DNA from: Escherichia coli
GTDB lineage: Bacteria; Pseudomonadota; Gammaproteobacteria; Enterobacterales; Enterobacteriaceae
Length of the DNA: 64,000 nucleotides
Assembly (NCBI RefSeq): GCF_044324785.1
Contig: NZ_CP172127.1
Direction: 5' to 3' (one strand)
Under the pieces are notes generated by a model. That model had not been told where the DNA came from. It saw nothing but the letters and a program-made list of their open reading frames with translations, and did not search any database. How positions within the stretch are numbered: the stretch's first letter is position 1; each line of letters opens with the position of its first letter. Positions 21,536 to 32,331 of the stretch are shown one piece after another. Made by a program: the position numbers and the translations under genes.

Positions 21536-22543
21536 ATGTCTCAACTCAATGATAGTGACATCATCCTTTTTGAGTATAATTTTCATTATCAAAATATAAG
21601 ATCTAAAAATACTCTTGATATAGCATTTGGTATTGACAGAAATTTTCTTTTTGGATGTGGTGTAGCCATTGCATCTATTCTATTAAACAATAGCGAAATC
21701 TCTTGTGAATTTCATGTTTTCACAGATTATATCAGTGATAAAGACAAGTTATATTTTTCCGATTTAGCAAAACAATATAATTCAAGAATTAATATTTATG
21801 TTATCAATTGTGATAAGCTGAAGTCATTACCAAGCACGAAAAACTGGACTTACGCAACATATTTTCGATTTATAATTGCAGATTATTTCTATAATAAACA
21901 TGAAAAAATACTATATCTTGATGCAGATATTGCTTGCAAGGGTAGTATTAAAGAACTCTTAGATTATCAATTTTCTACTAATGAAATTGCCGCAGTTGTA
22001 GCTGAAAGAGATATTGAATGGTGGCAGAATCGAGCCTCGGTATTAACTACACCACAATTAGGTTCTGGATATTTCAATGCTGGTTTTTTGCTGATAAATA
22101 TTGATGAGTGGAATCTAAATAACATTTCGTCAAAAGCTATTGAAATGCTGCGTGACCCAGATTGGGTAAGTAAAATCACCCACCTTGATCAAGATGTACT
22201 GAATGTATTATTGAATGGTAAAGTGAAGTTTGTTTCGGGGAAATATAATACCCGATATAGTATTAACTATGAATTAAAAGACAAAGTTGATAATCCAGTT
22301 AATGATGACACCGTGTTTATACACTATGTGGGACCTACAAAACCCTGGCATGAGTGGGCTGATTATCCGGTGTCACGTAGTTTTTTGATCGCCAAAGCAG
22401 CTTCTCCGTGGTGTAAAGAAGATTTACTTAAACCTGTGAATAGCAATCAGTATCGGTATTGTGCAAAACATAAATTTAAACAAAAGCATTATATTGCAGG
22501 CATTTTTAATTATTTAAAGTATTATAAAGAAAAATGCTTCTAA
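21536..22543 (+). CDS. waaI: LPS outer-core glycosyltransferase, family GT8 (WaaI/WaaO-like; first outer-core alpha-1,3 hexosyltransferase)
   Basis: 335-aa ORF with GT8 features (FGIDRNF..., DxD in LYLDADI, C-terminal HYVGPTKPWHEW); AT-rich. Symbol is an R3-type assignment inferred from gene order. Confidence 0.55.
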   Translation: MSQLNDSDIILFEYNFHYQNIRSKNTLDIAFGIDRNFLFGCGVAIASILLNNSEISCEFHVFTDYISDKDKLYFSDLAKQYNSRINIYVINCDKLKSLPSTKNWTYATYFRFIIADYFYNKHEKILYLDADIACKGSIKELLDYQFSTNEIAAVVAERDIEWWQNRASVLTTPQLGSGYFNAGFLLINIDEWNLNNISSKAIEMLRDPDWVSKITHLDQDVLNVLLNGKVKFVSGKYNTRYSINYELKDKVDNPVNDDTVFIHYVGPTKPWHEWADYPVSRSFLIAKAASPWCKEDLLKPVNSNQYRYCAKHKFKQKHYIAGIFNYLKYYKEKCF

Positions 22544-22568
22544 AGATTTAAGGTTAAAATAATTCAAT

Positions 22569-23276
22569 ATGATATATAATAAAACGATAAATGGGTTGAA
22601 AGTTTTCATAAAAGATAATGATCCCTTTTATGAGCAAGTTCTGAATGACTTTTTAACTTGCAGGGTTAAAACATTAAAAGTTTTTCGTTCTATTGATGAT
22701 ACTAAAGTCATTCTTATTGACACTGCTCGTGGACCTCTTGTACTTAAAGTTTATGCGCCAAAGCATAAAATGATCGAACGTTTCTTAAAATCTTGCATAA
22801 AAAAAGATTATTATGAAAATTTAATTTATCAAACCGATCGGGTACGTGGTGAAGGCATTCAATCAATTAATGACTATTTTTTGCTTGCTGAACGTAAAAC
22901 ATTAAATTTCGCGCATTATTATATTATGCTCATTGAGTATATTGAAGGTGTCGGGTTAAATGAGTATTTGGAAATTTCTGAAGAACTGAAGGATCAATTA
23001 TCAGAATCGATAAAAGAGTTGCATCAGCATGGAATGGTGTCTGGCGATCCTCATAAAGGAAATTTTATAGTATCTGAAAAAGGTTTAAGACTAATTGACC
23101 TTTCAGGTAAAAAAACAACCGCAGTTTTAAAAGCAAAAGATCGCATTGATCTTGAACGGCACTATAATATAAAAAATGAATTGAAAGACTTTGGCTATAC
23201 ATATCTTATATTCAAAAAGAAAATTAAAAAAGCAATCAGGGATGTAAAAGTCAAACTAGGCTTGAAGAGCAAATAA
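22569..23276 (+). CDS. waaY: LPS core heptose II kinase
   Basis: 235-aa ORF, kinase-like (...HQHGMVSGDPHKGNFIVSEKGLRLIDLSGK...). Confidence 0.75.
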   Translation: MIYNKTINGLKVFIKDNDPFYEQVLNDFLTCRVKTLKVFRSIDDTKVILIDTARGPLVLKVYAPKHKMIERFLKSCIKKDYYENLIYQTDRVRGEGIQSINDYFLLAERKTLNFAHYYIMLIEYIEGVGLNEYLEISEELKDQLSESIKELHQHGMVSGDPHKGNFIVSEKGLRLIDLSGKKTTAVLKAKDRIDLERHYNIKNELKDFGYTYLIFKKKIKKAIRDVKVKLGLKSK

Positions 23277-23300
23277 TGATTATGATGAAGGGTAATTAAA

Positions 23301-24314
23301 TTGGATTTTAAACATCTTACTCAATTTAAAGATATAATTGAACTGGACAAGCGCCCCGTTAAACTTGATGAACGGGAAACGTTTAATGTCTCATGGGGTA
23401 TTGATGAGAACTACCAGGTTGGGGCTGCGATTTCAATTGCTTCAATTCTTGAAAATAATAAACAAAACAAATTTACCTTTCACATAATCGCTGATTACTT
23501 AGACAAAGAGTATATTGAATTATTATCACAATTAGCAACGAAGTATCGAACAGTAATTAAATTATATCATATTGATTCTGAGCCATTGAAGGCGCTACCT
23601 CAATCAAATATCTGGCCAGTATCTATTTATTATCGTTTGCTTTCATTTGATTATTTTTCTGCGCGATTGGATTCATTATTATATCTTGATGCTGATATCG
23701 TCTGTAAGGGTTCATTGAACGAGTTAATAGCATTAGAGTTTAAAGATGAATATGGGGCTGTGGTAATTGATGTAGATGCTATGCAAAGTAAAAGCGCTGA
23801 GCGTTTATGTAATGAGGATTTTAACGGTAGCTATTTTAACTCTGGTGTAATGTATATTAATTTACGGGAATGGTTACAACAAAGACTAACGGAGAAATTC
23901 TTTGATCTATTATCAGATGAGTCAATTATCAAAAAATTAAAGTATCCGGATCAAGATATTTTAAACTTAATGTTTTTACATCATGCTAAAATATTACCGA
24001 GAAAATATAATTGTATTTATACTATAAAGTCAGAATTTGAAGAAAAAAATAGTGAATATTACACCCAGTTTATTAATGATGAAACTGTCTTCATACATTA
24101 TACTGGTGTAACTAAGCCATGGCATGATTGGGCGGACTACGCATCTGCAGATTATTTTCGTAATATTTATAATATATCTCCATGGAGAAACATACCTTAT
24201 AAAAAAGCTGTTAAAAAACATGAGTACAAAGAAAAATATAAACACTTGCTTTACCAGAAAAAATTTCTCGATGGTGTTTTTACAGCAATTAAATATAATG
24301 TTATGAAAGGTTAA
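23301..24314 (+). CDS. waaJ: LPS outer-core glycosyltransferase, family GT8 (WaaJ-like alpha-1,2-glucosyltransferase)
   Basis: 337-aa ORF with GT8 features (SWGIDENYQVGA..., LYLDADIVCKG, HYTGVTKPWHDW). Symbol inferred from order. Confidence 0.55.
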   Translation: MDFKHLTQFKDIIELDKRPVKLDERETFNVSWGIDENYQVGAAISIASILENNKQNKFTFHIIADYLDKEYIELLSQLATKYRTVIKLYHIDSEPLKALPQSNIWPVSIYYRLLSFDYFSARLDSLLYLDADIVCKGSLNELIALEFKDEYGAVVIDVDAMQSKSAERLCNEDFNGSYFNSGVMYINLREWLQQRLTEKFFDLLSDESIIKKLKYPDQDILNLMFLHHAKILPRKYNCIYTIKSEFEEKNSEYYTQFINDETVFIHYTGVTKPWHDWADYASADYFRNIYNISPWRNIPYKKAVKKHEYKEKYKHLLYQKKFLDGVFTAIKYNVMKG

Positions 24315-24322
24315 TATTCGAG

Positions 24323-25465
24323 ATGGTTGATAAAATAATATTTACAGTTACTCCTATTTTTTCAATTCCTCCTCGCGGAGCGGCCGCTGTTGAAACGTGG
24401 ATGTATCAGGTTGCTCAGCGTACCAATTTCCCAAATCGTATTGTTTGTATCAAGAATCCAGGATACTCAAATTACACCTTTGTTAATGATAATTGTAGTA
24501 TTCATAGGGTTGGATTCAGTCGCATATATAAGCGGTTATTTCAAAAATGGACAAGACTTGATCCTCTTCCATATTCACAGAGAATATTGAATATTGCCCA
24601 TGATTTTCCTATAACGAAAGAAAGTGTTATTGTAGTTCATAATAGCATGAAGCTATACACTCAAATTCGTAAGCGAGCTCCTCAGGCAAGAGTGGTTATT
24701 CATATGCATAATGCATTTGAACCAAAATTGCTTGAGCAAAATGTTAAAATGATAGTGCCTAGTTTATACTTGAAAAAGTATTACCAATCTTATTTAGCAA
24801 ATGCAGATATTGAGATTGTACCAAATGGAATTGATTTAGAAACCTATCAATCTACTTTTCAGCCGATCACTAGAAGCGAACTTAATATCTCCCCTGAAGA
24901 GAAAATTATTTTTTATGCTGGGCGTATCGTCCCTGATAAAGGCATATTACTGTTGATGCAATCATTCGAAAAATTGGCCGCTGCTCACAAAAATTTAAAA
25001 TTAGTTGTGATTGGTGATTATACAGAAATGAGTAAAAGTGACAAAGGTGCATATCAACACAATGTCAGGGAAATTGCAAAACGTTTGAAGGATCGTTGCA
25101 TTATGTTAGGAAGCATACCGCCTGAAAAGATGCATTGTTATTACCCACTGGCAGATTTAGTCATCATTCCTTCCCAGTTCCAGGAACCATTTTGCATGGT
25201 GGCAATTGAAGCTATGGGGGCTGGTAAGCCTGTTTTAGTGAGTACGCGTGGGGGGATGACGGAATTTGTCAAAGAAAATACTACGGGATTCCATTTAAAA
25301 GAACCTATGACTGCAGACTCTATAAGCAGCGATATTTTAAAAACGTTAGCGAATCCTGAATTAACAGCAGTTGCAAAGCAAGGTCAGGATTTTGTGTTTG
25401 ATCACTACAGTTGGGATGGCGTAACTCAAAGATTTGAAGAGGTCATTCATAATTGGTTTGAATAA
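24323..25465 (+). CDS. waaD: LPS outer-core glycosyltransferase, family GT4 (WaaD-like, R3-type terminal transferase)
   Basis: 380-aa ORF with GT4 EX7E-type region (...EPFCMVAIEAMGAGKPVLVSTRGGMTEFV...). Symbol is a tentative R3-type assignment. Confidence 0.45.
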   Translation: MVDKIIFTVTPIFSIPPRGAAAVETWMYQVAQRTNFPNRIVCIKNPGYSNYTFVNDNCSIHRVGFSRIYKRLFQKWTRLDPLPYSQRILNIAHDFPITKESVIVVHNSMKLYTQIRKRAPQARVVIHMHNAFEPKLLEQNVKMIVPSLYLKKYYQSYLANADIEIVPNGIDLETYQSTFQPITRSELNISPEEKIIFYAGRIVPDKGILLLMQSFEKLAAAHKNLKLVVIGDYTEMSKSDKGAYQHNVREIAKRLKDRCIMLGSIPPEKMHCYYPLADLVIIPSQFQEPFCMVAIEAMGAGKPVLVSTRGGMTEFVKENTTGFHLKEPMTADSISSDILKTLANPELTAVAKQGQDFVFDHYSWDGVTQRFEEVIHNWFE

Positions 25466-25467
25466 AT

Positions 25468-25500
25468 AAAAAGGCCGCATTATGCAGCCTTTTTTATTTT
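25468..25500. terminator. hairpin plus T-rich tract between convergent waaD-like and waaL
   Basis: aaaaaggccgcattatgcagccttttttatttttt. Confidence 0.4.
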
Positions 25501-26709
25501 TTACTTGTTTTTCATTGCTAATAATAAGCCGGCGTAAACGCCTAATAAATTTGGTTCAATTTGTTCTACGTTTCCACGGATAACAAAATAACCTATAAAA
25601 GATAGTAAGATTATATAATATGCATTATATGGTGAGCGGTTTTTATTCTGGACGCCATTTTTTATACACTCTTTCAATATTGCACAGTATAGCATCATAA
25701 GACTTATCAGCCCTAATAAACCAGTGCCAAACCAGATGAATAGCGCAAAATTATGTGGCCCTATCGATTGTCTAAAGGTCCATTCTGGATAATCAACGAC
25801 ACGTTTATTATAGACATCTTTATATGCAACGTTACCGTAACCGTAACCAATAACAGGATTTTCTAATATTAGATCGAGTGCGCTGCCTTGAGTACCATTT
25901 GCATAGCGATAAGAACTATTAGTTTGTTGAAGTTTATACGTTAGCTTTGCGGTCATCTCCTTATGTGTGAAAATAACCGACAATGCAATGATGGAAACCA
26001 TTACTCCTACTAATAGTAACTTCCATTGTTTAAACATCAGAATCCATATTAATCCAATGACTAACACGGAAAGCCAGGCCCCTCTGGATAAAGTTCCTAA
26101 TATCAGAAAAATAAAAATAAAGCTTAGAACCACAAAAGAAATGCGGTATTTTGCTGATTTGATAAGCCAGAGATTTAACAATGCAGGGAATAAAAAGACC
26201 ATCGAGTCAGAAATGCTACGGTGTCTATAATCTGCGAATGGCATTATCCCTTGTTGATAGTCCTTATAATAGGCAATCAATTCAGAAAAACAGCGTAAGC
26301 CCAACGCACTAATAAATGAGAAGAAAACGATTTTTTCGACATCTTCTCTTTTCTCGTCTCTCAATATGACTGGTATTGCTATTGTGCATAGTAAAGTATT
26401 CTCAATAATAGCTTTGAAAATTTCCTTCATGCTAGCCCCTGCATCAGGGGATTGAAGAAGTGACAGCAATGCAGCAATAGTTAATATGGCAACACTACCA
26501 AAAAGAAATGTTTTAAATAGTGAGAGATAGTGTTTTGGCCGTTTGCAGAGATAGACGATTGTCGTTATTGTCATAAGAATAACAATAAGATGTTTATACC
26601 TTGTAATCCCACCCAAAAAATAGGTGGTAATGAATAAGAATACGAGAGCTCTGTTCCAGTACGCTATCCAGTTTTTTTTCTCGAGAGAGAAAAATAATGT
26701 TGAGGTCAT
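25501..26709 (-). CDS. waaL: O-antigen ligase
   Basis: 402-aa polytopic membrane protein, AT-rich, located upstream of waaC in the hldD-waaF-waaC-waaL operon. Confidence 0.8.
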   Translation of the reverse strand: MTSTLFFSLEKKNWIAYWNRALVFLFITTYFLGGITRYKHLIVILMTITTIVYLCKRPKHYLSLFKTFLFGSVAILTIAALLSLLQSPDAGASMKEIFKAIIENTLLCTIAIPVILRDEKREDVEKIVFFSFISALGLRCFSELIAYYKDYQQGIMPFADYRHRSISDSMVFLFPALLNLWLIKSAKYRISFVVLSFIFIFLILGTLSRGAWLSVLVIGLIWILMFKQWKLLLVGVMVSIIALSVIFTHKEMTAKLTYKLQQTNSSYRYANGTQGSALDLILENPVIGYGYGNVAYKDVYNKRVVDYPEWTFRQSIGPHNFALFIWFGTGLLGLISLMMLYCAILKECIKNGVQNKNRSPYNAYYIILLSFIGYFVIRGNVEQIEPNLLGVYAGLLLAMKNK

Positions 26710-27698
26710 CTTATCTCCGATGTCAACTTATTGATTATTATTTCAAGATTTAAATTTTGAAAAACGGTTTGAGCTGGCAAATCTGCAAGAGACATACTTG
26801 TAGAACGACACTCTACTTGATTCTTCCCATACCCACCAATTAATCCCGGATCGGTTGGTCCATAAACCGTGATATTGGGTCTATCCAGTGCCGCCGTTAA
26901 ATGGCTTAACCCCGTATCCACCGACACTACAAATTTAGCCCCGGCCAGCACGCGGGCAACGCCTTCCAGACTCATCTTCGGCAATACTTCAACATAAGCA
27001 AATCCTTCCGCCAGTCGTTTCGCCCGTTCTTCCTCATGCGGCGCGCCCCACGGAAGTTTAATCCGTATTCCTGAATCAGCCAGTAAACCAATCAATTCTC
27101 GCCAGTGTTCTTCCGGCCAGTGTTTATCATCACGGGTCGTCGCATGAAGAAATACGGCATATTCGCCAGCATCTGTAGGCAGGTTCGTCAGGAAATGCTG
27201 TGCAATAGCATAATCGCCCTGGGTTTGCGGTTTGCTATAGCCCAGACTTTTGGCAAACAGTTCGCGGGTGCGTTCTACGGCGTGCTGCTGTTTTGCAATA
27301 TGATGCTTACGATTGTAAAACAGGCTGGCTAACGGTTCGCGAGCGGTTTGCCAGTCCAATCCATGCTTTACGCCATGCGCCAGACGTGTCACCAGTGCCG
27401 CGCTTTTTACCAGCCCCTGAGCGTCGATAACTGCGTCATAGTTCTCTGCTTGTAGCGCTTCACGAAACGCTTTGCGTTCAGCTTTTATGGGGGCCGAGAA
27501 CCAGGCTTTACGCCAGCGACGTATTGCCACAGGAATAACTCGCTCAACGGCAGCGTGCCAGGAAGGAATCTGTGCGAACCCTTCTTCCACCACCCAGTCA
27601 AACTTAATCCCTGGGATTGCCTGCTGGGCATCAGTGAGTGCGGGCAACGTATGGAGAACATCGCCCATCGACGATGTTTTAACGATCAAAACCCGCAT
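26706..27698 (-). CDS. waaC: LPS heptosyltransferase I
   Basis: MRVLIVKTSSMGDVLHTLPALTDAQQAIPGIKFDWVVEEGF... Confidence 0.9.
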   Translation of the reverse strand: MRVLIVKTSSMGDVLHTLPALTDAQQAIPGIKFDWVVEEGFAQIPSWHAAVERVIPVAIRRWRKAWFSAPIKAERKAFREALQAENYDAVIDAQGLVKSAALVTRLAHGVKHGLDWQTAREPLASLFYNRKHHIAKQQHAVERTRELFAKSLGYSKPQTQGDYAIAQHFLTNLPTDAGEYAVFLHATTRDDKHWPEEHWRELIGLLADSGIRIKLPWGAPHEEERAKRLAEGFAYVEVLPKMSLEGVARVLAGAKFVVSVDTGLSHLTAALDRPNITVYGPTDPGLIGGYGKNQVECRSTSMSLADLPAQTVFQNLNLEIIINKLTSEIR

Positions 27699-27701
27699 CC
27701 G

Positions 27702-28748
27702 TCAGGCTTCCTCTTGTAACAATAGTGCGTTGAGTTCTTCCAGTACGTGCTGGGGAGTAATGTCGATCAAGCTCTGGTGATAACCCTCCGCAGCGTCACC
27801 TTTACGCACTTTGTGATAGCCGGTAATCAGACGGATCACGCGCGCTTTATGGGATAGCGGTGGTGTGAAGTCCGGGCTACTCGGACCATACAGGGCAACC
27901 AGCGGACGATTGAGCGCCGCCGCAACGTGCATCAGACCAGAATCGTTAGTAACAATGGCTTTACAGGCTGCAATCAGGATAACCGCTTGATCAAGCTGTG
28001 TTTCCCCCGCCAGGTTACGACACCATGCCTGCTGCTCGGTATTCAAAGCGGCAAGAATCTCATTGCCCGCTTCATGATCTTTCGCCGAGCCAAACAGAAC
28101 CACCTGATAACCTTCATCAATCAGCTGCTTTGCCAGCTCCGCATAGTGGTAGTGTGGCCACCGTTTTGCCGGACCAAACTCCGCACCCGGGCAAAAGCCA
28201 ATCATCGGACGTTCTGATGAAAGCGAAAATTGATTACAGGTATATGATTTTTCACCTTCGCTCACCTGCAACTGCGGCCATAACAATGGCTGCGGCAGAT
28301 CTTGTGCTGTACGCATAATGCCTTTGTCATAGGCCAGCGCGACATAGCGTTCCACCATTAGCGGCCAGGCTTCTTTATCGAGCACGCGTACATCGTTGAG
28401 TAAACCGTAGCGCATCTCGCCGCGCCAGCCGGTGCGATGAGGAATACCCGCGAAGAAAGGCACTAATGCGGACTTGAAGGAGTTGGGTAAGACGTAGGCG
28501 CGGTCGTAGCGCTTTTCACGCAGACTATGACCCAGTTTGCGGCGTTCGCCGATTTCCAGCGCTCCGTGACCGAGAGGCATAGGGATAGCTTCGTTAACTT
28601 CCGGCATCCGCGATAATAATGGACGGCACCATGCCGGTGCCATCACGTCGATTATCGCCTGGGGATAGCGCGCCTGGAGCGTGCGATAGAGACTTTGCGA
28701 CATCATCATGTCGCCAACCCAAGACGGGCCGATCACCAGTATTTTCAT
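27702..28748 (-). CDS. waaF: LPS heptosyltransferase II
   Basis: MKILVIGPSWVGDMMMSQSLYRTLQARYPQAIIDVMAPAWCRPLL... Confidence 0.9.
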   Translation of the reverse strand: MKILVIGPSWVGDMMMSQSLYRTLQARYPQAIIDVMAPAWCRPLLSRMPEVNEAIPMPLGHGALEIGERRKLGHSLREKRYDRAYVLPNSFKSALVPFFAGIPHRTGWRGEMRYGLLNDVRVLDKEAWPLMVERYVALAYDKGIMRTAQDLPQPLLWPQLQVSEGEKSYTCNQFSLSSERPMIGFCPGAEFGPAKRWPHYHYAELAKQLIDEGYQVVLFGSAKDHEAGNEILAALNTEQQAWCRNLAGETQLDQAVILIAACKAIVTNDSGLMHVAAALNRPLVALYGPSSPDFTPPLSHKARVIRLITGYHKVRKGDAAEGYHQSLIDITPQHVLEELNALLLQEEA

Positions 28749-28757
28749 GCAGAGCTC

Positions 28758-29690
28758 TTATGCGTCGCGATTCAGCCAGGCCATGTATTCCGTTACACCT
28801 TCCGCAACGGTTTTGAACGGTTTGTCGTAACCCGCCGCGCGCAGATTTGTCAGATCTGCCTGCGTGAACGCCTGATAGCGGCCTTTCAGTTTATCCGGGA
28901 ACGGAATGTATTCGATCTGGCCTTTCTTGTGATAAGCAAGCGTTGCATCGGCTACTGCCTGGAAGGATTCTGCACGACCGGTGCCGAGGTTGAAGATGCC
29001 GGAAACGCCATTTTCCAGGAACCACAGATTCACATCAGCCACGTCGCCCACATAGACGAAGTCGCGTTTGAAGTTCTCGCTACCTTCAAACAGCTTCGGT
29101 GATTCACCGTTGTTAAGCTGGGTGTTGAGATGGAAAGCGACGCTCGCCATGCTGCCTTTATGGCCTTCACGCGGTCCATAAACGTTGAAATAACGGAATC
29201 CAACAATCTGCGAGTTGGCTTCCGGCAGGATTTGGCGAACATATTCATCAAACAGGAATTTTGAGTAACCGTAGACGTTCAACGGTTTTTCGTACTCGCG
29301 GGATTCAATAAAGTCGGAGGTGCGTCCGCCGTAGGTGGCTGCGGAAGAGGCATACAGGAACGGGATTTCGCGCTCCAGACAGTAGTGCAACAGCTCTTTG
29401 GAGTATTGATAGTTGTTATCCATCATATACTTGCCATCCCACTCGGTGGTGGAAGAGCATGCGCCCTCGTGGAAAATCGCTTCGACATCACCGAACTCTT
29501 CGCCAGCCATAATCTGGATCAGGAAGTCTTCCTTATCCATATAGTCCGCGATATTCAGATCCACCAGGTTCACAAACTTGGTGCCGTCTTTCAGGTTGTC
29601 CACCACCAGAATATCGGTGATGCCTTTATCATTCAGGGCCTTAACGATGTTGCTGCCGATAAAGCCCGCGCCGCCGGTAACGATGATCAT
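28758..29690 (-). CDS. hldD: ADP-L-glycero-D-manno-heptose 6-epimerase
   Basis: [42 protein letters not shown]... Confidence 0.95.
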
Positions 29691-29993
29691 AACTGTAACC
29701 TTCGAATTATGGAGTCAGAGACAATCTCAGACACGAATGTCTGTAATCATACCATCACATCCGAATCCCTTCAGCCCTTTACATAGAGGTGCAAGGATGC
29801 TAATTGCAACAAACTAGTTTGGGTTTTAGCGAGTCCTTCATGGCGGATGTTGGTTTTGTATGTGAATAGTGCTTTAGTATCAATATTCCGATGTATGATA
29901 AATAACGGAAGCATTTGAATGGATAATATACAGTATACATTCTGTTAATATTTATGATATAATTCTTTTTTTATATTAATGGTCTTATTAGTA

Positions 29994-30851
29994 ATGAAAT
30001 CATCCACCACAATTATCACTGCATATTTTGACATTGGTAGAGGGGATTGGACTGCTAATAAAGGGTTCCGTGAAAAACTAGCTCGTTCAGTTGATGTTTA
30101 TTTTAGTTACTTTGAGCGTCTGGCCGCACTTGAAAATGAGATGATTATTTTCACTTCTCCCGATTTGAAACCAAGGGTTGAAGCGATTCGCAACGGAAAA
30201 CCAACAACGGTTATCGTTATCGATATAAAAAAGAAATTTAGATATATCAGAAGTCGTATCGAAAAAATTCAAAAAGATGAGTCGTTTACAAATAGACTTG
30301 AGCCGCGGCAATTAAAAAACCCAGAGTACTGGTCACCAGAGTATGTATTGGTATGTAACCTTAAGGCCTATTTTGTAAATAAAGCTATCAACATGGGCTT
30401 AGTGAAAACGCCTCTTGTTGCGTGGATAGATTTTGGCTATTGCCGTAAGCCAAATGTAACTCGAGGATTGAAAATTTGGGATTTCCCATTTGATGAAAAT
30501 AAGATGCATCTTTTCACTATAAAAAAAGGGCTTACTGTCACATCTCAACAACAGGCTTTTGATTTCATGATTGGCAATCATGTATATATTATTGGTGGCG
30601 CAATTGTTGGTTCACAGCATAAATGGAAAGAATTCTATAAATTAGTTCTGGAAAGTCAAAAAATAACCCTAAACAATAACATTGTGGACGATGACCAGGG
30701 CATCTTTGTCATGTGCTATTACAAACGTTCCGATCTCTTCAACCTAAACTATCTGGGGAGAGGAAAATGGTTCGATTTGTTTCGCTGCTTCAGGAGTAAC
30801 ACTTTAGGGGCAAAAATGCAGGCGCTGAGAATTTTCCTTTCAAGAAAATAG
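29994..30851 (+). CDS. htrL: HtrL/YibB family protein
   Basis: ORF trimmed to MKSSTTIITAYFDIGRGDWTANKGF...; AT-rich gene at the conserved position between hldD and kbl. Confidence 0.75.
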   Translation: MKSSTTIITAYFDIGRGDWTANKGFREKLARSVDVYFSYFERLAALENEMIIFTSPDLKPRVEAIRNGKPTTVIVIDIKKKFRYIRSRIEKIQKDESFTNRLEPRQLKNPEYWSPEYVLVCNLKAYFVNKAINMGLVKTPLVAWIDFGYCRKPNVTRGLKIWDFPFDENKMHLFTIKKGLTVTSQQQAFDFMIGNHVYIIGGAIVGSQHKWKEFYKLVLESQKITLNNNIVDDDQGIFVMCYYKRSDLFNLNYLGRGKWFDLFRCFRSNTLGAKMQALRIFLSRK

Positions 30852-30897
30852 GTTTCCCTCCATTAGTGGGTAGCGTTTTGATGCCAACTGAGATAGG

Positions 30898-30930
30898 AAA
30901 AATGATGCTTTGGCATCATTTTTTCTTTTT
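30898..30930 (+). terminator. rho-independent terminator after htrL
   Basis: aatgatgc-tttg-gcatcatt followed by ttttctttttat. Confidence 0.55.
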
Positions 30931-31125
30931 ATATCAATGCAGTAAAATCGCGCATCATTATGCCCAGCCAAAACTGTACAGTTTTTCTACTATCTGTAGG
31001 TGTTGAGAGACATCAAGATACACGTTATTTATCCTGAATTTTGCAGAAGTGTTAACGCGTCATCTCGTCGCGACCTATAAGTTTGGGTAATATGTGCTGG
31101 AATTTGCCCTGTCTGGAGAATCGCA

Positions 31126-32322
31126 ATGCGTGGAGAATTTTATCAGCAGTTAACCAACGATCTGGAAACCGCACGGGCGGAAGGGTTGTTTAAAGAAGAG
31201 CGCATTATTACGTCTGCGCAGCAAGCAGATATCACTGTGGCTGATGGAAGCCACGTCATTAACTTTTGTGCCAATAACTATCTCGGACTGGCGAATCATC
31301 CGGATCTGATTGCGGCGGCAAAGGCGGGAATGGATTCTCACGGTTTCGGCATGGCTTCGGTGCGTTTTATTTGCGGCACTCAGGACAGCCATAAAGAGCT
31401 TGAACAAAAACTGGCGGCATTCCTGGGGATGGAAGATGCGATTCTCTACTCTTCCTGCTTTGATGCTAACGGTGGCCTGTTCGAAACGCTGTTGGGCGCG
31501 GAAGACGCCATTATCTCCGACGCACTGAACCACGCGTCTATTATTGATGGTGTGCGTCTGTGCAAAGCTAAACGCTATCGTTATGCCAACAACGATATGC
31601 AGGAGCTGGAAGCACGTCTGAAAGAAGCGCGTGAAGCCGGTGCGCGTCATGTGCTGATTGCCACCGATGGTGTGTTCTCGATGGATGGCGTGATTGCCAA
31701 CCTGAAAGGCGTTTGCGATCTGGCAGATAAATATGATGCCCTGGTGATGGTAGACGACTCCCACGCGGTAGGTTTTGTCGGTGAAAACGGTCGTGGTTCC
31801 CATGAATACTGCGATGTGATGGGCCGGGTCGATATTATCACCGGCACGCTCGGTAAAGCGCTGGGCGGGGCTTCTGGTGGTTATACCGCGGCGCGCAAAG
31901 AAGTGGTTGAGTGGCTGCGCCAGCGTTCTCGTCCGTACCTGTTCTCCAACTCGCTGGCACCGGCCATTGTTGCCGCGTCCATCAAAGTGCTGGAGATGGT
32001 TGAAGCGGGTAGCGAGCTGCGTGACCGTCTCTGGGCGAACGCGCGTCAGTTCCGTGAGCAAATGTCGGCGGCGGGCTTTACCCTGGCGGGAGCCGATCAC
32101 GCCATTATTCCGGTCATGCTTGGCGATGCGGTAGTAGCGCAGAAATTTGCTCGTGAGCTGCAAAAAGAGGGGATTTACGTCACCGGTTTCTTCTATCCGG
32201 TCGTTCCGAAAGGTCAGGCGCGTATTCGTACCCAGATGTCTGCGGCGCATACCCCTGAGCAAATTACGCGTGCAGTAGAAGCATTCACGCGTATTGGTAA
32301 ACAACTGGGCGTTATCGCCTGA
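31126..32322 (+). CDS. kbl: 2-amino-3-ketobutyrate CoA ligase (glycine C-acetyltransferase)
   Basis: 398-aa [41 protein letters not shown]... Confidence 0.95.
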   Translation: MRGEFYQQLTNDLETARAEGLFKEERIITSAQQADITVADGSHVINFCANNYLGLANHPDLIAAAKAGMDSHGFGMASVRFICGTQDSHKELEQKLAAFLGMEDAILYSSCFDANGGLFETLLGAEDAIISDALNHASIIDGVRLCKAKRYRYANNDMQELEARLKEAREAGARHVLIATDGVFSMDGVIANLKGVCDLADKYDALVMVDDSHAVGFVGENGRGSHEYCDVMGRVDIITGTLGKALGGASGGYTAARKEVVEWLRQRSRPYLFSNSLAPAIVAASIKVLEMVEAGSELRDRLWANARQFREQMSAAGFTLAGADHAIIPVMLGDAVVAQKFARELQKEGIYVTGFFYPVVPKGQARIRTQMSAAHTPEQITRAVEAFTRIGKQLGVIA

Positions 32323-32331
32323 GGATGTGAG

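Noticed and set aside
31150-32304. 384-aa minus-strand ORF
   Set aside because: Fully antisense to kbl, whose product is unambiguous; odd R/H/C-rich composition.
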